Assembly (NCBI GenBank): GCA_022843285.1
Contig: JALHNY010000003.1
Coordinates: 25,533 to 89,532 of the forward strand
Reading direction: 5' to 3'
DNA length: 64,000 nt
Source: Minisyncoccota bacterium
Lineage (GTDB): Bacteria; Patescibacteriota; Minisyncoccia; UBA6257; 2-01-FULL-56-20
Numbering within the stretch: the stretch's first letter is position 1; each line of letters opens with the position of its first letter. The position numbers were made by a program, and so were the translations under genes. The notes below the pieces were generated by a model that was not told the origin of the DNA, made no database searches, and was given only the letters and a program-made list of their open reading frames with translations. Below are positions 9,039 through 18,499 of the stretch, in pieces.

Positions 9039-9695
9039 CTACCGGGGCTTGATGAAGTTGCTCGTCATGAGCGTCTCCCAGGGCCGGCGGGCGCGCTTCA
9101 GGCCTCCCGGGAGGGTGAACGTGGGGGCGAAGAGGATGCCAATGGCCGCCACGAGGGAAAGGGTGCCCGCCGCCACGAAGACCGCATCGAACCCGTACGT
9201 TGCGGCCAGGACGCCCCCGGAGAGTCCCGCGGCGCCCGTCGCGATGCCCCCGATGGAGCGATCCAGTGCCCACTCGAGGGCCGTGTGCTCCGGGTCCACG
9301 TGGCGCGAGAAGATGCTGCTCCAGGCCGGAATGTAGAACGCGAACGAGACCGCGTGCACGAACTCGATGAGGTACACGTGGGTGACGGTCGTGGCGAGCG
9401 GCATCAGGAAGGCTGCGGCTGCGGCAATCATGAGGCCCATCAGGAGGGCGTGGAACTCGTCCTGCTCGCCCGGCGTGCGATCCAGGTACGACGCAATGGG
9501 AACCTGGAGGATGGAGCGCGTGAACCAGAAGATCGCCACCGCGATGCCGACGGCTGCGAGCGAGCCGCCCGCAACCTGCTCGGTGACGAAGACGCCCATG
9601 ATGGGGTTAATGAGGCCCCACCCGGCGAGGAGCGCGAGGTCCGCGAAGATGAGCGCGGAAATGATGCGTCCAATTTTAATCTTGCTGATCGTCAT
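9039..9695 (-). CDS. six-TM membrane protein resembling one half of an MFS transporter
   Basis: The 218-aa product has six hydrophobic helices and a 'YLDRTPGEQ' loop resembling MFS motif A. There is no room upstream for a second half. Confidence 0.35.
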   Translation of the reverse strand: MTISKIKIGRIISALIFADLALLAGWGLINPIMGVFVTEQVAGGSLAAVGIAVAIFWFTRSILQVPIASYLDRTPGEQDEFHALLMGLMIAAAAAFLMPLATTVTHVYLIEFVHAVSFAFYIPAWSSIFSRHVDPEHTALEWALDRSIGGIATGAAGLSGGVLAATYGFDAVFVAAGTLSLVAAIGILFAPTFTLPGGLKRARRPWETLMTSNFIKPR

Positions 9696-9701
9696 GTGCC
9701 T

Positions 9702-12146
9702 CTAGTGTACCAGGGAAAAAGCTCCGTCCTGGAACGTGAGCGCCACGCTCTTGCCGCGCTCGAGGCTGCCCGCAATGAGGAGCGGCGCGAGCACGCCGTC
9801 CAGAGCAGACTCGGCAGCGCGGCGCAGGGGCCGCGCGCCGTACTGCGGGTCGTACCCCCTCCTCACGATTTCGGCGAGGGCCACGTCATCGGCCGTGACG
9901 GTGATGCCGTACTTCTCCATGACCAGGTCGCCAATCTGGCGGAGCGTCTCTCGTGCAATGCTCTTCATGTGGTCCGGCGAGAGGTCGCGGAAGATGACCA
10001 CGCGCGTGAAGCGGTTGAGGAGCTCCGGCGAGAACACGTCCGCGAGCTTCTCGCGCACGTACCCCTCGAGGGAGGCGACGCTCTCGCCCCGGCGAAGCGC
10101 CTCGCGGAGGATGTCCGCCCGGGCGTTGCTCGTCGCGACCACCAGCGCGTCAGAGAAAGAGACCGTGCGCCCCATGCCGTCCGTGAGGCGCCCGTCCGAG
10201 GTCACCTGCAAGAGGAGCTTGAGCGCTTCGGGGCTCGCCTTCTCCACCTCATCCAGGAGCACCAGGCGGTGCGGCGAGACGCGCAGGGGTTCCGTGAGCG
10301 CTCCGGGATCCGTCGTGGTGCCAATCAGCCGCGCCACGCTGCCGCTCTCCGAGAACTCGCTCATGTCCAGGCGGGTGAACGCGTCCTTGCCGTACACCAC
10401 GTCCGCGAGCACCTTCGCGAGCTCGGTCTTGCCGACGCCCGTGGGACCCACGAACAGGAAGCTCGGCGGGGCGCTGCCGGGCGTGAGCCCCGCGCGGTAC
10501 GCCCGCACGGATTCCGCCACGGCGGACACCGCCTCATCCTGGCCGAAGACCCGCGCGCGCAGGCTGTCCTCCAGCTGCATGAGGACGCTCGCCTCCTCCG
10601 GTGCCGCAGCGCCCACCGGCACGTGCACCTGCTTGCCGATGACCCGCTCCACGTCAGAAGCAGCCACGCGGCTCTGCCCGGACGCGCGCACGGCCTGCGC
10701 CGTCTCGGCGAGGAGGTCCAGCGCGCTGCCGGGAACCGCGCGTGCGGGCGCGAGGTACTTCGCCGCGAGCGTCGCTGCGGCGCGCAGCGCGGACACGGAG
10801 ATGCTGACGCGCTCTACCCGCTCCACGTCACGGGCAGATCCCGCGAGGACGCGCACGACCTCGTCGGTGGTGAGCTCGCCGAGACGCACCACCTGGAACG
10901 TGCCCGCGACGTCGCCGCGGGTCTCGAGGATCCGCGCGTACGCTTCGGGGGTCGTGGCCGCCAGGACGGGGAACGTGTCCGCGGTCAGAATCGGGAGCAA
11001 GACGTCCGCGGCGGCAACGTACGCGCCGCTCGCCTGCGCGAGGTGGTGGAAGTCGGGCATGTAGAGAATGACGTTCCCCGCGATCACGATCTCGTCAGCC
11101 ACGCGCTTGATGAGCGCGGCGGGATCTGAGCCACCCGCGGCGAGAATCGCCGCGACGTCCACGCGGACCAGGCGGCGGTCCAGGAGCGGGGCCGGTGCGG
11201 TGCCCGCGACGATCTGCCTGGCCACCTCCCCGGCGACCGTCTCCTTGCCGCCGTTGGTCGGCGCGACCAGGAGCGCGTGCGGGTGCGTGGGCTTGGCGAG
11301 CGCCGCGAGCGCGGTGGCGAGCGCCTCCTGGTGCCCGACCAGGAGCGGGAGGGCACCGACGCGGGCTAGGTCGGTCAGGTCGCTGGACACCGAGTCCAGC
11401 GCCGGCGTCGGGCGGCTCGTCCAAGCGCGGTTCATGATGTGGTGCGGCACCACGCGCGGAACCGCCCTCACCTTGCGCGCCTCGAGGGCCGTGGCGCGGG
11501 CAGCGTAGGCGAGCTCTTCTGGCTCGAGCCTGGCCCGCGTCGCAGCGCGCGCAACGTTCTCGTCACCGGAGGCGATGAGTCCGAGGAGCAGCGCGAGCGG
11601 GGTCACGCCAACCTGGTCCAGGAGAACGGCGGCATCCGCGGCGCCTGCCACCACCGCGGCGAGCTGAGCCTGGAGGTCAACCTCGGAGGCGTCCGCGAAC
11701 TGCTCGGCTGTGGCGAGCGCGTCCACGTCAGCCTCCGTGCGGGAGAGCGCACGGGAAACCGTCTGGTCGCGGAGCAGCTGCGCCAGGAGCGCGACGGTGA
11801 ACGGCTGTCGCGTGATTCGCGCGGCATCGTAGCCTCGCTCGAGAACGCGGTACGCGGCGGGCGTCAGGGCGGGCGCCAGGTTCGGGCTGGCGGCAGCTGC
11901 CAGGGTTGCGAGCGTGCGGTCCGGGTACCCCCGGTACCAGATGCGCTCCGCAAAGAAGAGCAGCGCGAAGATGCCGAGGCCGCGGAGCGTCGGCACGTCG
12001 CTCATGACCCCGATAAGGGATCCGGCCGCGAGGAGGGCGAGCGTCGCTCCCCGCACGGTGCGCACCAGGAGGCGACCCGGCAGCGAGAGCGTCAGGCGCG
12101 GCTCCTCGTACGTGGCGCCCCTAGAGAGAAAGGACTCCTGCTGCAT
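9702..12146 (-). CDS. ClpA/B/C-family AAA+ ATPase with a degenerate first nucleotide-binding domain and N-terminal TM helices
   Basis: The second AAA module is intact: Walker A FLFVGPTGVGKTELAK, Walker B LVLLDEVEKA, sensor 2 GARPLRR. The first module has a non-canonical Walker A (APTNGGKETV) and a Walker B-like segment (NVILYMPDFHHL). Clp_N-like repeats are present, and two hydrophobic helices lie near the N-terminus. Confidence 0.7.
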   Translation of the reverse strand: MQQESFLSRGATYEEPRLTLSLPGRLLVRTVRGATLALLAAGSLIGVMSDVPTLRGLGIFALLFFAERIWYRGYPDRTLATLAAAASPNLAPALTPAAYRVLERGYDAARITRQPFTVALLAQLLRDQTVSRALSRTEADVDALATAEQFADASEVDLQAQLAAVVAGAADAAVLLDQVGVTPLALLLGLIASGDENVARAATRARLEPEELAYAARATALEARKVRAVPRVVPHHIMNRAWTSRPTPALDSVSSDLTDLARVGALPLLVGHQEALATALAALAKPTHPHALLVAPTNGGKETVAGEVARQIVAGTAPAPLLDRRLVRVDVAAILAAGGSDPAALIKRVADEIVIAGNVILYMPDFHHLAQASGAYVAAADVLLPILTADTFPVLAATTPEAYARILETRGDVAGTFQVVRLGELTTDEVVRVLAGSARDVERVERVSISVSALRAAATLAAKYLAPARAVPGSALDLLAETAQAVRASGQSRVAASDVERVIGKQVHVPVGAAAPEEASVLMQLEDSLRARVFGQDEAVSAVAESVRAYRAGLTPGSAPPSFLFVGPTGVGKTELAKVLADVVYGKDAFTRLDMSEFSESGSVARLIGTTTDPGALTEPLRVSPHRLVLLDEVEKASPEALKLLLQVTSDGRLTDGMGRTVSFSDALVVATSNARADILREALRRGESVASLEGYVREKLADVFSPELLNRFTRVVIFRDLSPDHMKSIARETLRQIGDLVMEKYGITVTADDVALAEIVRRGYDPQYGARPLRRAAESALDGVLAPLLIAGSLERGKSVALTFQDGAFSLVH

Positions 12147-12480
12147 AGAGCAAAACGGCGGGAATGAGGAGCGACCAAGCCGCGAAGGCCGCGGCGAAGC
12201 CTACCGCGAGCACGAGGTGGAGCGCCGCGCCGCCGAGCAGTCGCCCGAGGCGGAAGATGGGCCCGATGATGCGCCCGACCACCGAGTAGTCCCCGTACAG
12301 GGGGCGAAACAGGAGCTGCAGCATCGCCCTGCTGGCAACGGCATCCTCGAGGCGCCGCGAGTGCGTGCGGTACGTGCGGAGGAACGCCCTGCTCCCATCT
12401 GCGTACCAGTGCCGGAAGAAGCCAATGGTGCGGGCAATGGCGAGCTGCACGAGGTACGAGAGCGCGAACGTGCCCTGCAT
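12121..12480 (-). CDS. small hypothetical membrane protein
   Basis: The 119-aa ORF fills the gap between the UDG and Clp-like genes and overlaps the Clp start by 26 nt. Its C-terminus is hydrophobic. It may be spurious in this GC-rich DNA. Confidence 0.25.
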   Translation of the reverse strand: MQGTFALSYLVQLAIARTIGFFRHWYADGSRAFLRTYRTHSRRLEDAVASRAMLQLLFRPLYGDYSVVGRIIGPIFRLGRLLGGAALHLVLAVGFAAAFAAWSLLIPAVLLYAAGVLSL

Positions 12481-12492
12481 GGGCTCAGTATA

Positions 12493-13068
12493 TCAGGCGC
12501 CAGCCTCCTTTTTTCTCGTCTCGCACGCGGCGAGCACCGCGGGCAGGCGATCGAAGGTCAGCTCAAACTCTTTCATCACCGAGGGGTTCCGGAGCGCCGC
12601 AGCCGGGTGGAACATCGGCATCACGAACCGCCCGCCGATTTGGAACACCTTGCCCTGGTCACGGCTAATTTTCGCCTCGGGCAGGAAGTGGCTCATGGAG
12701 AAGCGCCCGAGCGGGACAATAACAGCTGGGCTCAAAACACCGAGCTGCTCCACCAGGTACGGCTGGTACGCCGCAATCTCTTCGGGGAGCGGGTCACGGT
12801 TCTCCGGCGGACGGCGCTTCACAATGTTGGTGATGTACACGTCTTCTCGCCTCCAACCGATGCGCTCCAGGTTCTTGTTGAGGAGCTGCCCGCCACGCCC
12901 AACGAACGGCCGCACCAGCTCGTCCTCTCTGGCGCCAGGCGCCTCGCCGATGAAGACGACCCGCGCGTCGGGGTCTCCCTCCCCAAAGACCAGGTTCGTG
13001 GAGAGCGGCAGCGAAGTATCTCGGGCCATGCGCTCGCGAATTGCATCCAGCTGCTGCTCCCTCGTCAT
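12493..13068 (-). CDS. uracil-DNA glycosylase, family 4
   Basis: Motifs GEAPGAREDELVRPFVGRGGQLL and HPAAALRNP are characteristic of family-4 UDG. Confidence 0.8.
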   Translation of the reverse strand: MTREQQLDAIRERMARDTSLPLSTNLVFGEGDPDARVVFIGEAPGAREDELVRPFVGRGGQLLNKNLERIGWRREDVYITNIVKRRPPENRDPLPEEIAAYQPYLVEQLGVLSPAVIVPLGRFSMSHFLPEAKISRDQGKVFQIGGRFVMPMFHPAAALRNPSVMKEFELTFDRLPAVLAACETRKKEAGA

Positions 13069-13130
13069 GCGTAGATTGTACAGAAACTAAAGCGGACCGA
13101 CTGGGAAAATCGGTCCGCTCTGGCGAGGGG

Positions 13131-13631
13131 TTAGCACGCCGAGACTTGGATCACCTCCTTGGTGGCAGGAGCCAGGGTCCCGGCGAAGGCGTTGCCGAGG
13201 AGGGCGCGCATATCGGCGAGCTGGTCATCACGAACGGGTGTTCGCGAGAAGATCGCCTTGCGCTCCAGGCGATGGCGCACGCGGTTCAGCTTGCGGAGAA
13301 CGGCGTTGCGGTCGCGCGGCGTGCAGTGGTCCCACTCCTCGACCATCGTGTAGAGGTCATTCTCGGAGAGCCCCAGGAGCGTGGCGAGCGTCACGCACGC
13401 CTCCCCCAAGTTCTCCTCATTCGAGAACCACCTCATGAAAGCTGACGGGTGCGTTCCCGTAATCGCCGCAGCAGCGACAATCGCGAGGCATCCCCTGTTA
13501 TCGGGCGTGCACCACTCCTTTTGGAGGAGGGAGCTACCCGCAGCTTGGATTGCGGAGATAGCAGCCAGGTGCTGGTTCGCTGGCAACCTCATGCCGGCTA
13601 GCAGTTTGGCAATCTTTTTGACTCGTGACAT
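13131..13631 (-). CDS. hypothetical protein (166 aa)
   Basis: ORF with two C-x-x-D-N-R-G-C / H-C-T-P-x-D-R-N repeats. No family recognised. Confidence 0.4.
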   Translation of the reverse strand: MSRVKKIAKLLAGMRLPANQHLAAISAIQAAGSSLLQKEWCTPDNRGCLAIVAAAAITGTHPSAFMRWFSNEENLGEACVTLATLLGLSENDLYTMVEEWDHCTPRDRNAVLRKLNRVRHRLERKAIFSRTPVRDDQLADMRALLGNAFAGTLAPATKEVIQVSAC

Positions 13632-13692
13632 ACGTCACCTCCAGATTGTAAAAATTTTGAAAACAGCCTTTCAGCTGGTCCCAGTATAGCAG

Positions 13693-13764
13693 TGCCCCCG
13701 GATGGACTCGAACCATCGTTACGGGTTTCGGAAACCCGCGTCCTATCCTCTGAACGACAGGGGC
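13693..13764 (-). tRNA. tRNA-Arg (anticodon CCG)
   Basis: The reverse complement, GCCCCTG…CGGGT-TTCCGAA-ACCCG…GATGGTTCGAGTCCATC-CGGGGGC-A, folds as a cloverleaf with a 7-bp acceptor, D-arm, U33-CCG-A37 anticodon loop and T-arm. Confidence 0.85.
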
Positions 13765-13777
13765 ATACGCCGAGAGC

Positions 13778-14892
13778 CTAATCCAGCCCCAGGGCAGGCG
13801 CAACGAACCGCGCCACGTGGAAAATGGCAGCCAGGGTGAAGAGCGCGGACAGCAGGTTCACCGCCAGCTGCTCTCGGCCCCGGAGGCGGAGAGCCTTGCG
13901 CGCCACCTGCAGGATGGCCACGTACTGCGTGGCGAGAAACACGCCGCCCACGAGCTCCACGCTCTGCAGGAAGCTGTTGAAGCCGGCGAGCACCAGGAGG
14001 TACGGCAGGAAGAGTGCCACGGAGAACGCCATGCTGCGCGGCCAGCCGAGGCCCCTGCGGAAGGCGCTCTTGATCTCGAGATTCATGGGCAGGTACGAGG
14101 TCACGATGGCTGCCAGGCCAAAAACCATGAGCGCGCCGACTTGCCACCCGGGGAGGTGGAGCACCCCCGAGATGGTGTCCGGGGTGACCGGATTGCTCGC
14201 CGAGCCGAGGGTCAGCGCGAAGGCCAGGTACGCGATTGCCACGGAGACGGTGCCGATGCCGATTGCCTGCCGGCGGTACCCGCGCTTCGCCCCGACCGCC
14301 GCAATGGCCGGCTCGATCGCCGTCCAGCCGGCCAGCGCGAAGAGAATCGGGCCGAACGGGAGCAGCACGTTGTCCCAGTTCACCGCAACGAACGAGGTGA
14401 ATGAATCGGAGACCGGCACGGTGAGCACGAAGAGCAGAATCATGGCGAGCATCACGGCGGTCACGAGGAGCTCAACCTGCATCAGCCTCCTGAAGCGGAA
14501 CAGGAGCGGCGCGGAGCACAGCGCCCAGAAGATGAGCATCGCCGAGTGGTCCGTGAGGTCCGTGATGCTGCTGAGGAACGTGGCGCCGAGCACCAGGTAC
14601 GCGGACAGCGTGAAGATGATGCCTAGGATGGTCGCGACGAACGTCACCTTGGCCGCGCCGTACCCCAAGTGCTCGCGCGCGAGCTCGAGCAGGTGCGTGC
14701 CGGTAGGTCGCTCGCGGAGCACGCGCCAGTACAGGATGTGCGCGTAGATGACCGCGGCCGAGAGGCCCGCCAGGAAGATGACGAACGGGAAGAGGCCGGA
14801 AGCCTTGGCGAGGTACGGGAGCGCGAAGATGCCCGCGCCGAGCGTGGTCCCGGCGAGGGTCCCCGCGGCTACGAGTCCGGGGTTACGAAGCA
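13778..14892 (-). CDS. amino-acid permease-like polytopic transporter (aromatic amino acid/Trp-Tyr permease-like)
   Basis: About 11 TM helices. The start was moved to the internal Met (MLRNPGLVAAG…) because the 55 codons upstream overlap the preceding gene and look non-coding. Confidence 0.45.
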
Positions 14893-15518
14893 TCGGACGA
14901 GGCATCCAGCCTGCCCTCTGCCACCGCATCCAGGCGGGCCCGCTCTGCATCGATAGCGGCGACCAGTGAGGCAACGAGGGCGAGCGGGTCTCGCTCGAAC
15001 ACCACCGTGCGGTTCCCGCGGTGGCTCGCCGAGAGAATGTCCGGGAGCATGTCCGCAACGCCGCCGCTGCCGAGCAGCACGCCCTGCGGGAGCCCGTCCT
15101 CGAACGAGGTGGTGAACTCGTGGAGCGTGCCCGTGCGCCCGCAGATGGTGATCACCGCATCAGCCGCGCGCGAGACGAGCAGGTCACGGCCGGCGTAATC
15201 GAAGCCGGTGTAGATGATGAGGTCGTGGTAGTCCGTCGGCAGGCGGTACGTCTTCACGTGGTGGGCGCGGCTCGCTGCCGGAGAGAGGCCGAGCACGAAA
15301 CCGCCCGCCTCCTTGGCGGCGCGCGCGGCCCAGTACGGGACGCCGCTCGTCGCGCCGGTCACGAGGATCATCCCGCGCCGGGCAATCTCCTGGGCAATCT
15401 TGACCGTGTCATCGAAAGCCGTGACGGAGCAGTGCCCGGTCTCTGCGGCTCCAGAAATCGCAATGGCGTAGGGCTGCTTGCCGCTCTGGAAGTTGGGGAG
15501 GTCTTTGAAGTCAATCAT
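14883..15518 (-). CDS. TIGR00725/LOG-like Rossmann-fold nucleotide-binding protein
   Basis: Motifs …ILVTGATSGV… and …ICGRTGTLHEF… (PGGxGTxxE-like). Confidence 0.45.
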   Translation of the reverse strand: MIDFKDLPNFQSGKQPYAIAISGAAETGHCSVTAFDDTVKIAQEIARRGMILVTGATSGVPYWAARAAKEAGGFVLGLSPAASRAHHVKTYRLPTDYHDLIIYTGFDYAGRDLLVSRAADAVITICGRTGTLHEFTTSFEDGLPQGVLLGSGGVADMLPDILSASHRGNRTVVFERDPLALVASLVAAIDAERARLDAVAEGRLDASSDAS

Positions 15519-15530
15519 GTGGTGCTTGGA

Positions 15531-16877
15531 TTATAGCGTGACGGTGTCCCCCATTTCTGGGACCACCGCGCTGAGGCCCAGCTCGGTCCGGATGGACTCG
15601 GCGAGCGCTCCCGCGCGGTCCAGCTCTCCGTGCGTCACGAACACGTGCTTGACGGTGTCCTTGGTGGCAGCAATCCACTCCAGGAGCTTGGGCTGATCGG
15701 CGTGCGCAGAGTAGGAGGTGATGTTGCGCACCTGCGCGTTCACCGGAATGAGGTCGCCGAAGATGTCCACCTCGCGCGCGCCCTCGAGGATGCGCCGGCC
15801 GAGGCTGCCGACGGCCTGGTACCCGATGAAGAGAATCGTGCTTGCCGGATCTGCGAGGTAGCGGTGCTCGTGGTGCAGGATGCGGCCGCCGTGGCTCATG
15901 CCGCTGCCCGCGATGATAATCTTCGGAGCTGCGACCTCGTTGATCGCCTTGGAGAGTTCCGACGTCAGCGTGAGGTGGAGGCCGGGGAAGTTGAAGATGT
16001 CATCACCCTCCTGGATGCTCCGCTCCGCCTCCTCGTTGTAGTACCGGCGGTACTTGTGGTAAATCGCCGTGAGCTTGATCGCGAGCGGGCTGTCCAGGAA
16101 GACCGGCACGCGGGGGATGCGCCCCTCCGCGAATAGCTCGTTGAGGTGGTAGAGCAGGTCCTGCGTGCGCTCCAGTGCGAACGCAGGAATCATGAGCACG
16201 CCGCCGCGGCTCACCGTCTCGCGAATCACCTCCTCGAGGTACTCCCGCCGCTTCTCCTGTGGGTCGTGGTTCTCGTTGCCGTACGTGGACTCCATGACGA
16301 CGTAGTCCGCCTTAGCCGGGAACACCGTGGGACGAATGATGGGCGCCGGGTAGTTGCCAATGTCGCCGGAGAAGACCACCGTCTTGCCCTCCGCGCGAAT
16401 GGCGATGCTCGAGGAGCCGAGGATGTGCCCCGCATCAAAGAAGCGCGCGAAGATCTCGCCGTGCTGGAGGTCCGTGTCGTACTCGACGCTGTGCCAGAGG
16501 CGCATGACGGACTCCACGGTGCCGATGGTGCAGAACTGGGCCTGCCCGCGCCGCTCTGCTTCCTGGCAGAGGAGCTTCTCCGAGTCGAGGAGAATCAGCT
16601 CCGCGCAGTCGCGGGTGGCTGGCGTCGAGTAGATCTTGCCGCGGAAGCCCTCGCGGTACAGCTTCGGCAGGCGGCCGACGTGGTCCAGGTGCGCGTGCGT
16701 GATGAACACCGCCTCAATCTCCTTCGGCTCGTACGGAAACGCCTTGAAGTTTTCATCTCCCGCGAAGGAGCTGCCCTGGAACAGTCCGCAGTCTACGAGC
16801 ACCTTGTGCCGTCCTGTCGTGAGCAGGTAGTTGGACCCGGTGACCTGCCCGGTTCCTCCGCAGAACGTAAGGTTCAT
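15531..16877 (-). CDS. beta-CASP family metallo-beta-lactamase ribonuclease (RNase J/CPSF-like)
   Basis: HxHxDH motif (FITHAHLDHVG) plus C-terminal beta-CASP and RNA-specificity segments. The start is set at the internal Met (MNLTFCGGTGQVTGS). Confidence 0.7.
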   Translation of the reverse strand: MNLTFCGGTGQVTGSNYLLTTGRHKVLVDCGLFQGSSFAGDENFKAFPYEPKEIEAVFITHAHLDHVGRLPKLYREGFRGKIYSTPATRDCAELILLDSEKLLCQEAERRGQAQFCTIGTVESVMRLWHSVEYDTDLQHGEIFARFFDAGHILGSSSIAIRAEGKTVVFSGDIGNYPAPIIRPTVFPAKADYVVMESTYGNENHDPQEKRREYLEEVIRETVSRGGVLMIPAFALERTQDLLYHLNELFAEGRIPRVPVFLDSPLAIKLTAIYHKYRRYYNEEAERSIQEGDDIFNFPGLHLTLTSELSKAINEVAAPKIIIAGSGMSHGGRILHHEHRYLADPASTILFIGYQAVGSLGRRILEGAREVDIFGDLIPVNAQVRNITSYSAHADQPKLLEWIAATKDTVKHVFVTHGELDRAGALAESIRTELGLSAVVPEMGDTVTL

Positions 16878-16954
16878 GCTGAGATTGTACAGGAAAGGCG
16901 TAGCGGTTTCTCGCGCGTTCCATCGCGCGGCGCGATGCGCTCCACGCCGTGCTA

Positions 16955-16983
16955 GTGACAAATGTCGCATTTCATGCTATAAT
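16955..16983 (+). promoter_or_regulatory. sigma70-type promoter upstream of the 17042 gene
   Basis: GTGACA, a 17-nt spacer, then TATAAT, followed by an AGGAGG RBS. Confidence 0.4.
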
Positions 16984-17041
16984 TGCACCAGCAAGCCTAC
17001 GGGGCTACATCTTTATCAATAATCAATAAAGGAGGTTGCCA

Positions 17042-17524
17042 ATGCAGCAACTCGTCATGGACAAGGTAGAAACCGGATCGCAGTTCGGAGTGGTGAGCGA
17101 CGACGTCCGCAAGACGGTCGAGTTCACAACGAAGGATACGTTCCTCGTCTGGGAGGAGAACGCGCAGCGTGCCTGCTACTTCGAGATCGTTCGCGATCCG
17201 ATGGGCAGAGCAGTCCTCGCGGGACACCGCGGTGACGTGAGCGTTGCAACGCATAGCTCCATTAACGTGGGGGACCGTTGCAAGACGCGCGAGAGCTACA
17301 CGGGACAGTCACCCCACAGCAAGGTGGCGGCGCTCGTCGTCAACGCGCTGCGAGAGAGACTTATTCCCCGGGTAGAGCTACCGGCTCTTCCTGAAAATCC
17401 AGCTCCTTCCGAACGTCACTCCATCAAGTCACCGCCCACCGGCGGCTGGCAGTGCCCGCACTGCGGCGCACAGAACCCCGGCGATCCGTGCTTCAACTGC
17501 GACAGGAGAGCAGATGAAGAGTGA
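17042..17524 (+). CDS. hypothetical protein with a C-terminal zinc ribbon (CPHCG…CFNC)
   Basis: The ATG is preceded by AGGAGG (7-nt spacer). The product has four Cys in a C-x2-C…C-x2-C arrangement at its C-terminus. Confidence 0.45.
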   Translation: MQQLVMDKVETGSQFGVVSDDVRKTVEFTTKDTFLVWEENAQRACYFEIVRDPMGRAVLAGHRGDVSVATHSSINVGDRCKTRESYTGQSPHSKVAALVVNALRERLIPRVELPALPENPAPSERHSIKSPPTGGWQCPHCGAQNPGDPCFNCDRRADEE

Positions 17525-17568
17525 TCTCCGCAACAAAGTACGAAGCCCCTCTGGGGCTTCAAGCTTTT

Positions 17569-18150
17569 TTATACCTTCCGCAGGAAGCGCAGTGCGGCTT
17601 TGAGCCTCTCCTCAACTCCGGACACCTCGTCTCCCACGAGCTTCAGGGCGGCGGCGACCTCGTCTCGCTTGTACCCCAGGGAGCGGAGCGCCTCCATGAT
17701 GTCCGCATCGGCTCCAATCTGGTCCGCCGAGGCGAGCCCCGTGTACTCCGCGACCTTTCCCTTGAGTTCCAGGACGATGCGCTCCGCGATCTTCTTGCCG
17801 ACACCCGGCACCTGGACCACCACGTCCGCCTTCCCCTCCTCGATGGCTGCCGCCAGGGCGGAGATGGGAACGGCGTCCACGACGGCGAGGGCCAGCTTGG
17901 ACCCGATGCCCGTCACCGAGGTCAGGAGGAGGAAGAAGTCTTTGGTTTTCTGGTCCGGAAACCCGTACAGATCCATGACCCCCTCGGCGAGGTGCAGGTG
18001 CGTGAAAATCGCCACTTCCTGGGAAATATCCAGGGAATCCGCGAACTTTCTGGGCACGGAGACCAGGTACCCAACCCCAGAAACGTCCAAAACCACCCTT
18101 CCCTCGGAGACGTCGGAAACGGTGCCAGATAGCCGGGCAATCACGCCCAA
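17569..18150 (-). CDS. ruvA: Holliday junction branch-migration protein RuvA
   Basis: Product of 193 aa with RuvA domains I-III (…LTSVTGIGSKLALAVV…, C-terminal domain III). Confidence 0.85.
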   Translation of the reverse strand: MGVIARLSGTVSDVSEGRVVLDVSGVGYLVSVPRKFADSLDISQEVAIFTHLHLAEGVMDLYGFPDQKTKDFFLLLTSVTGIGSKLALAVVDAVPISALAAAIEEGKADVVVQVPGVGKKIAERIVLELKGKVAEYTGLASADQIGADADIMEALRSLGYKRDEVAAALKLVGDEVSGVEERLKAALRFLRKV

Positions 18151-18190
18151 AAGGTACCATTACCTTGCATTTTTCCCCAATCCCCTTACG

Positions 18191-18466
18191 ATGGCTCCCA
18201 TGCCAAACACGTCATCTGCCCGCAAGGCAATGCGCCAGGCGGCCACCAACAAGGCCCGCAACGTCATCCGCAAGGAGGCGTACAAGAAGGCGGTCAAGGA
18301 TGCCCGCAAGACCATCTCCAAGGATGCCTCTGCGGCTGCCGATCCGATGAAGACCGCCTTCAAGGCGCTGGATAAAGCAGCCAAGAGGGGCGTCATCAAA
18401 CCCAACAAGGCTAGCCGCCTCAAGAGTCGCGCCGCAAAGGCTCTTGCCAAGGCGACCGCGAAGTAA
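18191..18466 (+). CDS. rpsT: 30S ribosomal protein S20
   Basis: This is the C-terminal 92 codons of the 288-aa track ORF: MAPMPNTSSARKAMRQAATNKARNVIRKEAYKKAVKD…GVIKPNKASRLKSRAAKALAKA. It is a typical S20 and is followed by a terminator. The remainder of that long ORF is antisense to ruvA and is rejected. Confidence 0.8.
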   Translation: MAPMPNTSSARKAMRQAATNKARNVIRKEAYKKAVKDARKTISKDASAAADPMKTAFKALDKAAKRGVIKPNKASRLKSRAAKALAKATAK

Positions 18467-18470
18467 GAAA

Positions 18471-18498
18471 GAGAGCTCCCGGTGGGAGCTCTCTTTCC
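18471..18498 (+). terminator. rho-independent terminator after rpsT
   Basis: GAGAGCTCCC-GGTG-GGAGCTCTC followed by TTTCC. Confidence 0.65.
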
Positions 18499-18499
18499 A

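Noticed and set aside
9285-11129. A 614-aa plus-strand ORF, with similar long ORFs at 9736..11064+, 11439..12167+, 11914..13074+, 12365..13090+, 18585..19631+, 19628..20572+, 22841..23548+, 33414..35114+, 36656..37339+, 41243..42034+ and others
   Set aside because: All are antisense to well-supported genes (Clp ATPase, UDG, holA-like, ruvB, pilB, T4SS genes) or overlap them out of frame. Their products are Arg/Ala/Gly/Pro-rich and low-complexity, typical of stop-poor frames in high-GC DNA.
13778-15058. A 55-codon N-terminal extension of the amino-acid permease ORF
   Set aside because: It overlaps the upstream TIGR00725-like gene and is Arg/Ser/Thr-rich and non-hydrophobic. The transporter's first TM helix follows the internal Met at 14892.
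17600-18190. The N-terminal 197 codons of the 288-aa plus-strand ORF
   Set aside because: This portion is antisense to ruvA. Only the C-terminal 92 codons, from ATG 18191, encode S20 (rpsT).
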